NCBI RefSeq assembly: GCF_003918875.1
Contig: NW_025766092.1
Span: forward strand, 806,001-870,000
Length of the DNA: 64,000 nt
From: Haliotis rubra
Lineage: Eukaryota
Direction: 5' to 3'
A program made the position numbers and the translations under genes. The notes under the pieces were generated by a model. The model had not been told where the DNA came from. It saw nothing but the letters and a program-made list of their open reading frames with translations, and did not search any database. This document shows, in pieces, positions 12,257-26,469 of the stretch. Positions within the stretch are counted from its first letter, which is position 1; every line of letters starts with the position of its first letter.

Positions 12257-13245
12257 GAACCTGACTGGAATATTTACAGGCAGGTGTCTGGAATATTGCT
12301 GAGTACAGAGTTTAACAATGAAAAAACAATAAAAACATTTCCATGCATTCTTGTATTTTTAACTAAAGATACAGCACAAAATGGACATGGGTTAGACATA
12401 CAGAGTCAGGGCATCTTGTTGAAATATATCTGAGTATGTCATAGGAATCCTGTTGATACAGATGTCTGTAATCTTCAACAAAGCATCACCGAGAACTTAC
12501 CTTGTCAGTAATTGAAAACAGTATGACGCACGATGAAGGTTATTTCTGGTAAGACATTACTCTTAACTTAATTATCCTCAGTGACATGCCTCATTTGTAT
12601 ACAGTGGTATGTTTTGTGTGCCTCAGACTGAAAGCTACACTGAATCAGAAGAATACAACAGTGTGCAGAGTGTCAATCTATGAATTTAATGCAATCAATT
12701 TTCAATTTCTTTTTTTCAAACAGAAAGAAATTCATGTCAAGTAATCCTACATCCCCAAAGACTGTATTTGTATCAGAACCTAAATATTCCCTCTTGGAGG
12801 CATACCACAAACCTATTCATCTCATTGTCTGAGTCTCACAAAGACTCTTGTATTGGACATAGCCGTGTACAATGCATACATTACCTACCAACACCGGCGA
12901 GACATTATACACACACGTTGGCAAGATGGAGTGTGTGCATTCAAATTGCTGTTGTGTGTATGAGGGGCAGGCATGTTGAAGTCATACAATGGAAAGTCGA
13001 TCAGGAATTCAGCTCTAATTACTAATTCAGTTGATAAATTGCAGACATTACTCCTGTGAAAGTGAATAAATTTCAGACAAGGTTTCTTTGAAAAATATTG
13101 ATTATGACGAGGATTAATTGTGGAGTACAAGATGTGTTTACAGATGATGCATTAGTAACGTCCTATTTGTCTTTATACAGAAACTGAAACATGTTATAGG
13201 GAAGCTGCAACACCTCGGGGAGAATATATTGTTGAGAAGTTTATA

Positions 13246-16200
13246 AGCCAATGTTTCAGAAGGGATATGTTATTGGGAAGTATTACAGCCAATGTTTCAG
13301 AAGGTATATGTTATTGGGAAGTATTACAGCCAATGTTTCAGAAGAAATATGTTATTGGGAAGTATTACAGCCAATGTTTCAGAAGGTATATGTTATTGGG
13401 AAGTATTACAGCCAATGTTTCAGAAGGGATATGTTATTGGGAAGTGTTACAGCCAATGTTTCAGAAGGAATATGTTATTGGGAAGTGTTACAGCCAATGT
13501 TTCAGAAGGGATATGTTATTGTGAAGTATTACAGCCTATGTTTCAGAAGGTATATGTTATTGGGAAGTATTACAGCCTATGTTTCAGAAGGGATATGTTA
13601 TTGGGAAGTGTAACAGCCAATGTTTCAGAAGGGATATGTTATTGGGAAGTGTTACAGCCAATGTTTCAGAAGGGATATGTTATTGGGAAGTGTTACAGCC
13701 AATATTTCAGAAGGAATATGTTATTGGGAAGTATTACAGCCTATGTTTCAGAAGAAATATGTTATTGGGAAGTATTACAGCCAATGTTTCAGAAGGAATA
13801 TGTTATTAGTAAGTATTACAGCCTATGTTTCAGAAGAAATATGTTATTGGGAAGTATTACAGCCAATGTTTCAGAAGATATATGTTATTGGGAAGTATTA
13901 CAGCCAATGTTTCAGAAGGTATATGTTATTAGGAAGTATTACAGCCAATGTTTCAGAAGAAATATGTTATTGGGAAGTATTACAGCCAATGTTTCAGAAG
14001 GTATATGTTATTGGGAAGTATTAAAGCCAATGTTTCAGAAGGTATATGTTATTGGGAAGTGCTACAGCCAATGTTTCAGAAGGTATATGTTATTGGGAAG
14101 TGTTACAGCCAATGTTTCAGAAGAAATATGTTATTGGGAAGTATTACAGCCAATGTTTCAGAAGGTATATGTTATTGGGAAGTATTACAGCCAATATTTC
14201 AGAAGGTATATGTTATTGGGAAGTATTACAGCCAATGTTTCAGAAGGTATATGTTATTGGGAAGTATTACAGCCAATGTTTCAGAAGGAATATGTTATTG
14301 GGAAGTGCTACAGCCAATGTTTCAGAAGGGATATGTTATTGGGAAGTATTACAGCCAATGTTTCAGAAGGGATATGTTATTGGGAAGTGTTACAGCCAAT
14401 GTTTCAGAAGGTATATGTTATTAGGAAGTATTACAGCTAATGTTTTAGAAGGTATATGCTATTAGGAAGTATTAGGTTTCAGAAGGGATAATTGGGAAGT
14501 GTTATGTTTCAGAAGGGATATGTTATTACACAGCCAATGTTTCAGAAGGTATATGTTATTGGGAAGAGGTATACAGCCAATGTTTCAGAAGAAGGTATAT
14601 GTTATTAGGAAGTATTACAGCCAATGTTTCAGAAGGTATATGTTATTGGGAAGTATACAGCCAATGTTTCAGAAGGTATATGTTATTGGGAAGTATTACA
14701 GCCAATGTTTCAGAAGGTATATGTTATTGGGAAGTGTTACAGAAGGTATATATGTTATTACAGAAGTGTTTCCATATGTTATTGGGAAGTATTACAGCCA
14801 ATGTTTCAGAAGGTATATGTTATTGGGAAGTATTACAGCCAATGTTGTTTCAGAAGGGATATGTTATTGGGAAGTGTTACAGCCAATGTTTCAGAAGGTA
14901 TATGTTATTGGGAAGTGTTACAGCCAATGTTTCAGAAGGGATATGTTATTGGGAAGTGTTACAGCCAATGTTTCAGAAGGTATATGTTATTGGGAAGTAT
15001 TACAGCCAATGTTTCAGAAGGGATATGTTATTGGGAAGTGTTACAGCCAATGTTTCAGAAGGTATATGTTATTGGGAAGTGTTACAGCCAATGTTTCAGA
15101 AGGGATATGTTATTGGGAAGTATTACAGCCAATGTTTTAGAAGGTATATGTTATTGGGAAGTGTTACAGCCAATGTTTCAGAAGGGATATGTTATTGGGA
15201 AGTATTACAGCCAATGTTTCAGAAGGGTGATATGTTATTGGGAAGTATTACAGCCAATGTTTCAGAAGGTATATGTTATTAGGAAGTATTACAGCCTATG
15301 TTTCAGAAGGAATATGTTATTAGGAAGTATTACAGCCAATGTTTCAGAAGATATATGTTATTGGGAAGTGTTACAGCCAATGTTTCAGAAGGTATATGTT
15401 ATTGGGAAGTATTACAGCCAATGTTTCAGAAGGTATATGTTATTGGGAAGTATTACAGCCAATGTTTCAGAAGGTATATGTTATTGGGAAGTATTACAGC
15501 CAATGTTTCAGAAGGTATATGTTATTGGGAAGTGTTACAGCCAATGTTTCAGAAGGGATATGTTATTAGGAAGTGTTACAATGTTTCAGAAGGTATATGT
15601 CATTGGGAAGTGCTACAGCCAATGTTTCAGAAGGTATATGTTATTGGGAAGTACTACAGCCAATGTTTCAGAAGGTATATGTTATTGGGAAGTGTTACAG
15701 CCAATGTTTCAGAAGGTATATGTTATTGGGAAGTGCTACAGCCAATATTCAGAAGGTATATGTTATTGGGAAGTATTACAGCCTATGTTTCAGAAGGAAT
15801 ATGTTATTGGGAAGTGCTACAGCCAATGTTTCAGAAGGGATATGTTATTGGGAAGTATTACAGCCAATGTTTCAGAAGGGATATGTTATTGGGAAGTGTT
15901 ACAGCCAATGTTTCAGAAGGTATATGTTATTAGGAAGTATTACAGCTAATGTTTTAGAAGGTATATGCTATTAGGAAGTATTACAGCAAATGTTTCAGAA
16001 GGGATATGTTATTGGGAAGTGTTACAGCCAATGTTTCAGAAGGGATATGTTATTGGGAAGTGTTACAGCCAATGTTTCAGAAGGTATATGTTATTGGGAA
16101 GTATTACAGCCTATGTTTCAGAAGAAATATGTTATTGGGAAGTATTACAGCCAATGTTTCAGAAGGTATATGTTATTGGGAAGTATTACAGCCAATGTTT

Positions 16201-17365
16201 CAGAAGGGATATGTTATTGGGAAGTGTAACAGCCAATATTTCAGAAGGTATATGTTATTGGGAAGTGTTACAGCCAATGTTTCAGAAGGTATATGTTATT
16301 GGGAAGTATTACAGCCAATGTTTCAGAAGGTATATGTTATTAGGAGGTATTACAGCCTATGTTTCAGAAGAAATATGTTATTGGGAAGTGTTACAGCCAA
16401 TGTTTCAGAAGGTATATGTTATTGGGAAGTATTACAGCCAATGTTTCAGAAGGTATATGTTATTAGGAAGTATTACAGCCTATGTTTCAGAAGAAATATG
16501 TTATTGGGAAGTGCTACAGCCAATGTTTCAGAAGGTATATGTTATTGGGAAGTGTTACAGCCAATGTTTCAGAAGAAATATGTTATTGGGAAGTGCTACA
16601 GCCAATGTTTCAGAAGGTATATGTTATTGGGAAGTGTTACAGCCAATGTTTCAGAAGGAATATGTTATTGGGAAGTGCTACAGCCAATGTTTCAGAAGGT
16701 ATATGTTATTGGGAAGTGTTACAGCCAATGTTTCAGAAGGGATATGTTATTGGGAAGTATTACAGCCAATGTTTCAGAAGGGATATGTTATTGGGAAGTA
16801 TTACAGCCAATGTTTCAGAAGGATATGTTATTGGGAAGTGTTACAGCCAATGTTTCAGAAGGTATATGTTATTGGGAAGTGTTACAGCCAATGTTTCAGA
16901 AGGTATATGTTATTGGGAAGTATTACAGCCAATGTTTCAGAAGGTATATGCTATTAGGAAGTATTACAGCAAATGTTTCAGAAGGGATATGTTATTGGGA
17001 AGTGTTACAGCCAATGTTTCAGAAGGTATATGTTATTGGGAAGTGTTGGGGTAGCCAATGGTTAAAGTATGATATAGGATGTTATTCCCCACATGGGAAG
17101 TGTTACATTTCTGCCCCATGCCGTGAATGTTTCTAGAAGGTATATGTTATTCAGTTATTGGAAGTGTTACAGCCAATGTTTCAGAAGGGATATGTTATTG
17201 GGAAGTATTACAGCCAATGTTTCAGAAGGTATATGTTATTGGGAAGTGTTACAGCCAATGTTTCAGAAGGTATATGTTATTGGGAAGTGTTACAGCCAAT
17301 GTTTCAGAAGGTATATGTTATTGGGAAGTGTTACAGCCAATGTTTCAGAAGGTATATGCTATTGG
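13246..17365. repeat. 41-bp satellite (gccaatgtttcagaaggtatatgttattgggaagtattaca)n, ~100 units
   Basis: Visible array; source of the many spurious periodic ORFs. Confidence 0.98.
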
Positions 17366-17613
17366 CAAGTTTATCAGCTAATGTTCTTAGAGGGCTATTT
17401 TATACAGACTTATATTCAAATTTTTGTTTACTTTTATTCAAACGTTTGTGAATGTGTTCAAAGAAAACCAACATGGTGGAGGTCTCAGAAAGTACAAGTT
17501 GGGGGAAACACACAGGCATGGGTAACATCATCATACAGATGTACTTAGACTTAAAGTAAAGTGAAATTAAAAGAAGAACAGTGTATTGATTGTTGTGTTT
17601 ATGTAGTACTTAC

Positions 17614-17693
17614 ATCAACATACACAGCATTGATGAAGTCTGTGCCACTGTCTCCCGAGTCATTTGTCATCAAGTAGGGCCGGGCTCGCTCAG
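17614..17693 (-). CDS. RPTP D2 exon: (P)ERARPYLMTNDSGDSGTDFINAVYVD
   Basis: 80 nt; RPYL and DFINAVYVD motifs; tcag/gtaag. Confidence 0.94.
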
Positions 17694-19959
17694 CTGAAGA
17701 GAGGAAGGGAACATTTTAATAACCCAGCAACATAATCAAGATGCTCTGGAACTATGAATCATTCGAAGGTGTGTCTTGAACGTGAAGATGATCATGACAT
17801 CGTACCAAGAGGTTGGAGGACAACGGAATTCCCTGCATCATTAGTCCAATATTATGATTAAACATACCTCAAAACACAAACAATATTTGGCAAATGTTGT
17901 CCCCAGTGCTTGTGTCCTACAAGTCTGAATTCAATGGTTGGTATGGTTTCACATTGACTTAAAGGATGTTCTCTGGTAATATTAACTTGATTAAGATAAC
18001 TTGATCATATTTTAATTTAACATTTAACTGCTTTTAGGAAAAGTAAATAATAGGAAGGCAGCTGTTGTGTAATCAATCTTTTACTACTGTAACAGGGTGG
18101 TGTGGTAGCCTTGTGGTAGCCTTGTGGTAACTTGTCAATTGTTACCCTGAAGACCAGGGTTAGTTTTCCCACATGGGTACAATGAATGAAGTGGTGATGT
18201 GCATAGCACACATGTAAAATATCAAGTGAAGTTAAAGAACATCAGTGGTAGAGACAAGGTGGATGGATGACCGAATTCATCATCTTGACTCCAGGGGGTT
18301 TCTGGAACTATGCCACTTAAACAAGTTGTCAGTGGTAGAACTGGATGACTGCATTCATCATCTTGACTCCAGGGGGTTTCTGAAACTATGGTAGCAGAAG
18401 AAACATATAGAATATGGTGTCTCCTTTGGCATGTGTTCATGTGTTCACATATGCCTATGTTCACCAAGCAGTAAAACTGGGCACTTGGTAAAGACTTGGT
18501 ACTATGACTGGTAACCTTCTATCACCTGGCAAGGCAGCTTTAGTTGTATGATCCCCAGGGAGTTCAGAATGAAAATGAAAGTGCAGGCTGATGTACTAAG
18601 TTAAAAATGTTAGTACTTTGAGCATGCACCTTGTATATGCCATCTGGAATAATATACACACACACACACAGATTATTTTTATTATTATTTATTACTCCCA
18701 AAACAGACAAGATGAATTCTCAGCATACACCTGATTCAGAAACAATGAATAATAACTTACAAAATCCATGTCCCTTTTTGTAATGCAGACAAAATGATTA
18801 ATGAGAAAAGTCCATTTTAGCAAGACATCCAAATGTCAAGCAGTAATAAATTTGTAATCAGTCCCGGACAATTATCTATAACCCATTACCTTTATGTCTA
18901 AGGTCAAATAATGCATCTCTCTCCCAATGCACTAGGCTAACTTACAGCTTCCTCATTGATTAGAGTCCGAATAACTATAAGGAAATCACAACATTCACTC
19001 TGGTCACAAACATAGGTTTGTTCAGTAGAGAATCAATTTGGTTTGAGAAATCAATAAATTCATGTGCACTATCTCACAGAATTAATAGAAAATGAACTGA
19101 CAAACAATACCATATCTCGTCATAAATGCCTTGAAGCTGATCCCCAAGGGACCTGCCATATACAATCTATGAGGGCTTGTGCGTGATGCTTCGAGCCTCA
19201 TCAGTATTACAATCCCTGATAGGGCCTCAGACAGAACAAAGTACACTGGCTGCACAAGGAACAAACTTGCCGGAATCATACAGCTTCTCAGGCTGATAAA
19301 CCAATTAAATCTATGGACATGACGTTTGTTGATTAAACTGTAGCTTTGGATTACATTCTTGGATTGAAACATGGAATTGGTAAAAGTCTTATAATTCCAA
19401 CTTATAATTGGAATTCAGTATTTTTCCTTTGATCACACAGCAATTAGTTTTGAGCACCTAATTCGGAAATCCACAAAAAATCCTTATTTTGACAGTTTTA
19501 TCAATATTTTGGTTCACCTGTATTAAAACCGTAATTTCACTTGAAATGATTAAATATAGAAGTTTAACTGCAGAATCGAAGCACAATTCTAAGTAAACAG
19601 TCACAACAGCCTGTATAATAATAAACACCTGACCTTCTTATTACAAGGATGATGTAACTTTACTCAAGTTGGCAAACTGTGGTTACCATGACATCAGCAG
19701 GTGTCCAACATATAACTGAATACAAATACCGGTACAGCAATATATTGTCGTATAAGCATATCTTCCAGTTCTCATTCAGCCTTAGTTCTAGAGGTTGAGG
19801 CAAGCAACCTCTGCTTCTTAAGATTGAGCGAAGTCAGTCCTATTTCTAAAGATAGAGGAAAGCTGTTTTACATAGGTTGTGCTAAATTAACTCTTTATGA
19901 ATTTTTGGGGAAAATCACCTCTATTTCTGAAAGGTTGAAGAAAGCAAACCTATATTCAA

Positions 19960-20250
19960 AAGTTGAAAATTAGCTCTTTTTCTAAAAGTTGAGGAAATTT
20001 GACCCTAATTCTAAATGTTGAGGAACTTTGACCCTAATTCTAAATGTTTGAGGAACTTTACTTTTCTAAATGTTGAGGAATGACCCTAATTCTAAATGTT
20101 GAGGAACCTAATTCTAAAATTTGACCCTTTAAATGAGGAACTTTGGTCCTATTTCTAAAAATTCTAAATGTTGAGGAACTTTGGTCTTATTTGAGGAAAA
20201 AAAAGGTTGAGGAACTTTGGCTCTATTCCTAAAGGTTGAGGAATGTTAGC
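19960..20250. repeat. Degenerate ~30-bp repeat (tctaaatgttgaggaactttgaccctaat)
   Basis: Irregular tandem copies. Confidence 0.75.
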
Positions 20251-21625
20251 CCCATTTCCAATGGGATCATGTACCCAGTTGCTACATACACCATAATATA
20301 CCCAGGTCATCTCTGCTTACCGTGGAATGTCATGGAAATTAGTTTGTCATGATATCAGCAGACAAAGTTCTTGTGCCTCACCTAAAGGTTACATGGCATT
20401 GTACCAATGGAAATATTGACCTAACACTGATGATTACAGATCATGTGTGTCGTGTTTTTTCTGAGGTTAAAAATATCTATCATCAGACACACTTCCTCGT
20501 CACCAGGATGGTCCATGATTCACTGATCTGTATATGTCTGGGCTGTCGGATACACTGCAGTCACGATACATTATATGTACAACTATATTTAGTTCATACT
20601 GTTTCTGAATAAAAGTGGCAATATTTTTAAGTTTGTCAAATCTGAGGAAATAAAGAATGTCTCTTGCACCTAAATCACTTTTTTATGTCTGTTCATGTCA
20701 TATTAATGCACTATCAATATTCAGACTAAATGACTAAAACAAGGTCCAGTCAGGGTCAATTATTGTATTATTGTAACTAATATTGCAGCACTGTGGAGCA
20801 ATGGTGAAACCTTTATTTGGAGGATAGTGGCAAAGTTCATCTTGTTGAAGGTTCATTTCTACATGGAGGCCACTTTCTGCGGTCCCTTCTATGATTTTGT
20901 TGGAAGATTGCTAAAAATGGCATAAAACCCAATTCACTCACTCGCTCTCTCTGCCTCAGCCTCAAAGTCTCTTTTGTATCAATAAGAATTAATTTTTCTT
21001 GTTCACATTAAAGATCAAATTTAGATTTTCATTAGAATCAAGTCCCCATGCATTAGTGGACTATAAACTTTTGCCATACTGTTGTCCATTTAATCTCAAT
21101 TTTAGATTTCACTTAATAAAAAGGATTGAGAGCTCAGGTTTCTCAAAACTGAAATACTGTCTTGGTTTTGCCTATGTAAGCTAGGGGGAGGTGTTTCACT
21201 TTGCTATCAGCAATATTCAATCTTTGTCATGACAGACTTAAATATTGAGTTTAGACCAGACAACCCAGTGATTGAAAGCATGAATAGCAATCAGCATCAA
21301 ACTCAAACCTGACAAGTGACACAGCTGGACAAACTGACCTCCACCTTACTCAGCTCTCATGACAAGCATGAGGTACAGATGGACCTTTCAAATGATTACA
21401 AGATGACATCCATGCCAAGGTGGAATTAATCTTTTCTTGATCTAATAGTAATTACTTGCGAAACTAAGTGATGCATGTTCATCAGGCACACTGCTCCAAT
21501 TACACTGTAAACCATACCGAGTTTATACGACATATTAAATACCAGCATTGGAAGATCAAAGTGATGTTATAATAACACCTGTAATTACAGGTAAAGAAGA
21601 TGTTGTATGAGATGAAGGTACTCAC

Positions 21626-21725
21626 GAGGCAGCATCATGATGTCGCGGCTCTTGCTGCGGTTCTCAACACGATGTCCACTGGCACAGTCTCCAATACTCA
21701 GCCGAGGAACAACCGTATGTAATGT
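21626..21725 (-). CDS. RPTP D2 exon: TLHTVVPRLSIGDCASGHRVENRSKSRDIMMLP
   Basis: 100 nt; NxxK(N/S)R...LP motif; tcag/gtgag. Confidence 0.92.
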
Positions 21726-22044
21726 CTGAGAAATATCAATATAAGTACACATACATTACTATATATGATTTGTATATTGGGGGTTTTCATATGGAGTAAT
21801 TACTGGACATTAATACACACTGAATGTCATTTTTATAGTGCTAGCCCACTGAGAAATCAGTTCAACCCACATTACTGTCCCTACCAGTTACTATCTCTGT
21901 GATACCTAATGCCCAAATCATTGCATACTGGACATTGATAAAATCATTTCTGTTTCTCATATTTTGGCAGTGATAAATCTTGAGAGAGAAGTCAGTAAGT
22001 TTAGTTTAGCTTAATGTGGACAGTATTCCACTTATTACATGGTG

Positions 22045-22208
22045 GGGGCGGTAGGGTAGCCTAGAGGTTAAAGCGTTGGCTCATCCACCCGAAGACTCGG
22101 GTTCGATTTCCCACATGGGTACAATGTGTGATGCCCATTTCTGGTGTCCCCTGCTGTGATGTTGCTGGAATATTACTAAAAGCAGCGTAAAACTAAACTC
22201 ACTCACTC
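22045..22208 (+). mobile_element. tRNA-derived SINE, family A
   Basis: A/B boxes and tail; acatggtgg direct repeats. Confidence 0.92.
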
Positions 22209-22641
22209 AGTATAACATGGTGGGTTAGCGATATGTGGGAGGAAAGCCTGAAGGGAAGTTTAAAATATTTACCGAGAAATCCACAAATCCATGGATATGG
22301 CTTAATCAGTAAGAAACAGGATTCGACCAAAGATCATATGTTTCTGCCCAAAGCACACAACTCAGTAACCTGAGCCTCAAAGTGCTCAACAATCATAAGA
22401 ATGAGCTGGATACTGTCATTTGTTCACATGATTTCCCATGCTGAACTCTTTATTGTGGACAGAAAACTGCCCTTACAAGATATGCCAACCACATGAGGAA
22501 GGTTGTAACCTACAGGAAACAACGCTGTCATGATATAGAACCCCTTGCTACTGGTCATAGAATATTCAGTTTGAAGCAAAGAAAGATTCCAGATTGAACA
22601 TCTTTATACATGTTACAGTGATGAAGGCAACGGTGCTGCAC

Positions 22642-22791
22642 CTGGAACTCTCTGTCCAGCTTCTGTTGTTTTGGTTCAGCGTTCTTGCTGTACGACCTGA
22701 GATATGTAGCGGGAAGTAGTGTCCCCGGACACACTGTCCAGCCGGTCTGTATGTACATGGCCACAGTGTCGTAGATGAGGCGATACTGGCC
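22642..22791 (-). CDS. RPTP D1 end / linker exon: GQYRLIYDTVAMYIQTGWTVCPGTLLPATYLRSYSKNAEPKQQKLDREFQ
   Basis: 150 nt; QYxxIY and LDREF motifs; acag/gtgca. Confidence 0.92.
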
Positions 22792-23205
22792 CTGTAAAGA
22801 ACATAACAAGATCATGTCAGTCTCTGAGACAGGTAGTTGGAAGAAGTGTCTTTGGCCACAGTGTCATAGATGAGGCGATACTGGCCCTGTAAAGAACATA
22901 ACAAGATCATGTCAGTCTCTGAGACAGGTAGTTGGAAGAAGTGTCTTTGGCCACAGTGTCGTAGATGAGGCGATACTGGCCCTGTAAAGAACATAACAAG
23001 ATCATGTCAGTCTCTGAGACAGGTAGTTGGAAGAAGTGTCTTTGGCCACAGTGTCGTAGATGAGGCGATACTGGCCCTGTAAAGAACATAACAAGATCAT
23101 GTCAGTCTCTGAGACAGGTAGGAAGAAGTTGGAAGAAGTGTCTTTGGCCACAGTAAAGAACATAGATGATGTCCTCTGAGACAGGTAGTTGGAAGAAGTG
23201 TCTAC
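22757..23205. repeat. 95-bp tandem repeat copying the acceptor and first ~11 codons of exon 22642-22791
   Basis: 4 near-identical units plus a broken fifth; ORF track repeats CSLQGQYRLIYDTVA. Confidence 0.95.
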
Positions 23206-23909
23206 TGGTCTTGTAAAAGATTATCTCCTATGTGACATATATGCACTAGCACAAATGAGAATTCTCTGGTAAAAAGGATAGGGTTGATAGAAATAAATAA
23301 CAGATATTGCTGTGTCTTGGTAAAAACAACTGGTCCTTATAGAATACATGTATATACTCAGTTCCAAAAGAAACTCAAATCACGCAACACTGTGATACAG
23401 TGGTGAATACAGAGACTGATGTTTACTGATGAAAACATGCAAAGAAAACAATCTGAGTCCTTAAAGTGAACACACAAATGATCTTTACATCATAACCAGA
23501 TGCCAATAGGATGTCATTAGATGTCCTTTTGGTAGAACACTGACATAAATGACATATCAGTTTCAAATATCCTCCATTAGCAACCACTTTGATATCATTA
23601 GGATGCCATGAGATGATGACATTTGCTTTTAGCAATATTCACAATGAAAAGTCATGATAAATAACATGTGGGGATCAACCCGGTTTCAAATATGGCCTTC
23701 ATTAACCAACTACCCTACAACTTTGGTATCATTAGAACACACAACTGACAAGAATGACTATATGAGAATCAAACACACACCACCATTTATGTTAGCCCAC
23801 TATATAGTCTTCTTTCAAGTAATTTGAAACATTTGTAATGTTTGCGTTTCTTTTGGAATTTAGTATATATAAGGCTATCTCAGATTGTGCTCATAATCCC
23901 CAAACTTAC

Positions 23910-24061
23910 CAGTGTCCTGACCATATTTTTGCGGAAGCGCCGTAGGTGCAGCACACAGCTGTAGATGTCTACCCTCTCCTCAGCCTCAATCTGCTTCAGA
24001 CAATAGTCCACAGCGATGAACACTGCTGTCCTGCCACACTGCTGTCCTGCCACCTCCGCAC
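23910..24061 (-). CDS. RPTP D1 P-loop exon: (R)CGGGRTAVFIAVDYCLKQIEAEERVDIYSCVLHLRRFRKNMVRTL; frameshifted as assembled by a 16-nt tandem duplication
   Basis: gtag/gtaag boundaries; 152 nt = 136 in-frame nt + a second copy of cactgctgtcctgcca (24021-24036, 24037-24052). Confidence 0.9.
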
Positions 24062-26219
24062 CTACAACACCAACATCAACATCAACATCGGTGTTTCAGA
24101 CAAATGTCAACACTGCTGTATTGACACCTCTCATTCTGTAAGATCAACATCAACTTTTTTTCAGTCAATAGTCAATGGCACAGGTATTTACAATTTGACA
24201 GCAAAAGTTTTGATCAAAATTAGTAAGATGATAAAACAATCATTATCATTGAAGTCCTTTCTGTTGAAGTCACATTATCATCCCTTTGATTATTTTTAAT
24301 GTCAATGTGACCTTTACCTGTGGGTTTATGAAAACAACCCTTGCTAAATTTTGAATGGTGTTTGGTGAGTCTGTAAACCAAGCAAAAAATGTAAGTCCTC
24401 ATTTATTTTTCTTTGGCAGGCATAAATTTTACCATTATCATTTACCACATTCACAGAGCACTGAGTTTGAACAATGATTATCGCATGTGTTTTTTAGATT
24501 GTTGAACAGTATTTACGATCAATCTGTTATGAAACCAAATATTCTTTGGTTGAAACACATAATTTTACCTTGAAAATGCATTGTGCAACAGAAGTAACAT
24601 CTGATATTCTAAATTTTTTTTCGTTTAAGATTGTCTCTGGATTTGATTTCAAGAAAGAAACCCAGAGCCATTGAATCAACACAAACGAAAAATTCAATCC
24701 CAAATAATTTAATTTTCCCTCCCCAAAAACACAAACGTACAAGAAAATGACGGATAATTATCCAGAGCAATGATCAGGGATATATTGATTGGTGATTAGA
24801 TTTCCCTGAGTTTGTGAGAAGGAAAAATATTGATTTGTGAAAAAGCTGATTCAGGAAAGATTTCAGGAGACTGCTACAAGTGACACGTCCGCAACGAGAC
24901 CTTTCTCTCTCCCAAGTCCCGTTCTGTGAAAACACCAATCAATAACAAAATGAGTTATGTTAGCTCATGCTACAAATAGCTTCTCCAATATTTCACCATC
25001 CCTTTGAAACTAATGGATTTTTGTAAGATAACAGTTTATCCTTTTGAAGCGTATTAAGTTGATTCACATGCTAAAATAAACAGCATACACTGTACCTCCT
25101 CCCAGACTTAACCACAGCCCTCATGTGAAATGTAGGTTAATTATATACAATTTCTTTGGTCATCTTATTCGAAGTTTTAGAATAATTATCACCATGGATC
25201 AGAATTTACTATGAAAACATGAAACTGCTTCAGGCTTTCATTCAATGCCAAACAGAAGTTGCAAAAATCTCTTCAAGATTGTCGTGTTTTTATTCTAAAG
25301 TTTTATATTTTTTGACAAAGTAAACATCAAGAGGAGGACGAAATTGTCATTGATTTTGAAAGTAATTTTGGAGACATGAACATACTGTACTGGGAGAGAG
25401 TTTCAACAATCACTCGTCTTCAGCCTCCACAACAGGTTGCATGGATGAAAAATGTTGAAATAACATGTCAATAAATTGTTGCCTCCGGCTCAAAAGTGAC
25501 AGGATAACAAAATATTTTTTGAGAAAAGTTTATCTATAGAAGTTCTACTCACCATTCAAAATGCCAACAAGCTCTAAGTCTTATGAAGACAGAATTATGA
25601 GTTTTGGAAGTTTTAATGTTCCTACCAGACGTATGTGTGGGATTATAGAGTTTTGCTGAATCAGGAGTCTGCTGACAGACATCATTGAGAGATGGGAAAG
25701 GGGCATCCATTGGGATTCAAACTAACCACTGGCTAACACACTGCATGCTGACCTAACAAATCAGTCTGTAAATTGTGTAGTTCCACAATGTGTAGTTTCT
25801 GTAATTTGTTGTACAGATTAAATAATTTACTGTACTTGTGTCCTGGATGTGGGAAACATCTCCCAAACTTTCCTCCCAGGGATAACTGCCCTGCCCTGAT
25901 AGAGTGGAAATACTGTTAGCGTCTTCCACCATTGATAACATATTTGTCCCGGTCATCTTACTCACCACAAATTACTTGCAGAGTTGCTTCCCTTGGGAAT
26001 GCAAGAAACATATGATTCTAAGTTCAAATTCTGGACCACTCTCTGTTCTCATCACTGCACTCTTGCACAAGGGGTTTCATGAGAGACAAGGTCAGAGATG
26101 TGCATCACTTTGGGTTTCCTTCTACACTTATTACCCAACATGCTGTGATGTACCTGGAATACTATTATAAGCATCATTAAACTAAACTCTTTTGCTAGCT
26201 CCCTCTTATAAAACAACTG

Positions 26220-26469
26220 ACTCGTGAAGGTCTAGGTTAGAATATTGATCTTCAGTAACCAATGCTTGTCGTAAGAGGCGACTAACGGGATCGGGTGGTC
26301 AGGTTCACTGACTTGGTTGACACGTCATCGGTTCCCAACTGCGCAGATCGATGCTCATGTTGTTGATCACTGGATTGTCTGGTCCAGACTCGATTATTTA
26401 CAGACCGCAGCCATATAGCTGGAATATTGCTGAGTGCGGCGTTAATCTAAACTCACTCACTCACTCACT
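26220..26469 (+). mobile_element. Full-length SINE, family B
   Basis: tgcttgtcgtaagaggcgactaa head, shared tail and (actc)n. Confidence 0.92.

Noticed and set aside
13251-17548. Long plus-strand ORFs up to 441 aa
   Set aside because: Periodic translation of a stop-poor 41-bp satellite in all three frames; not a gene
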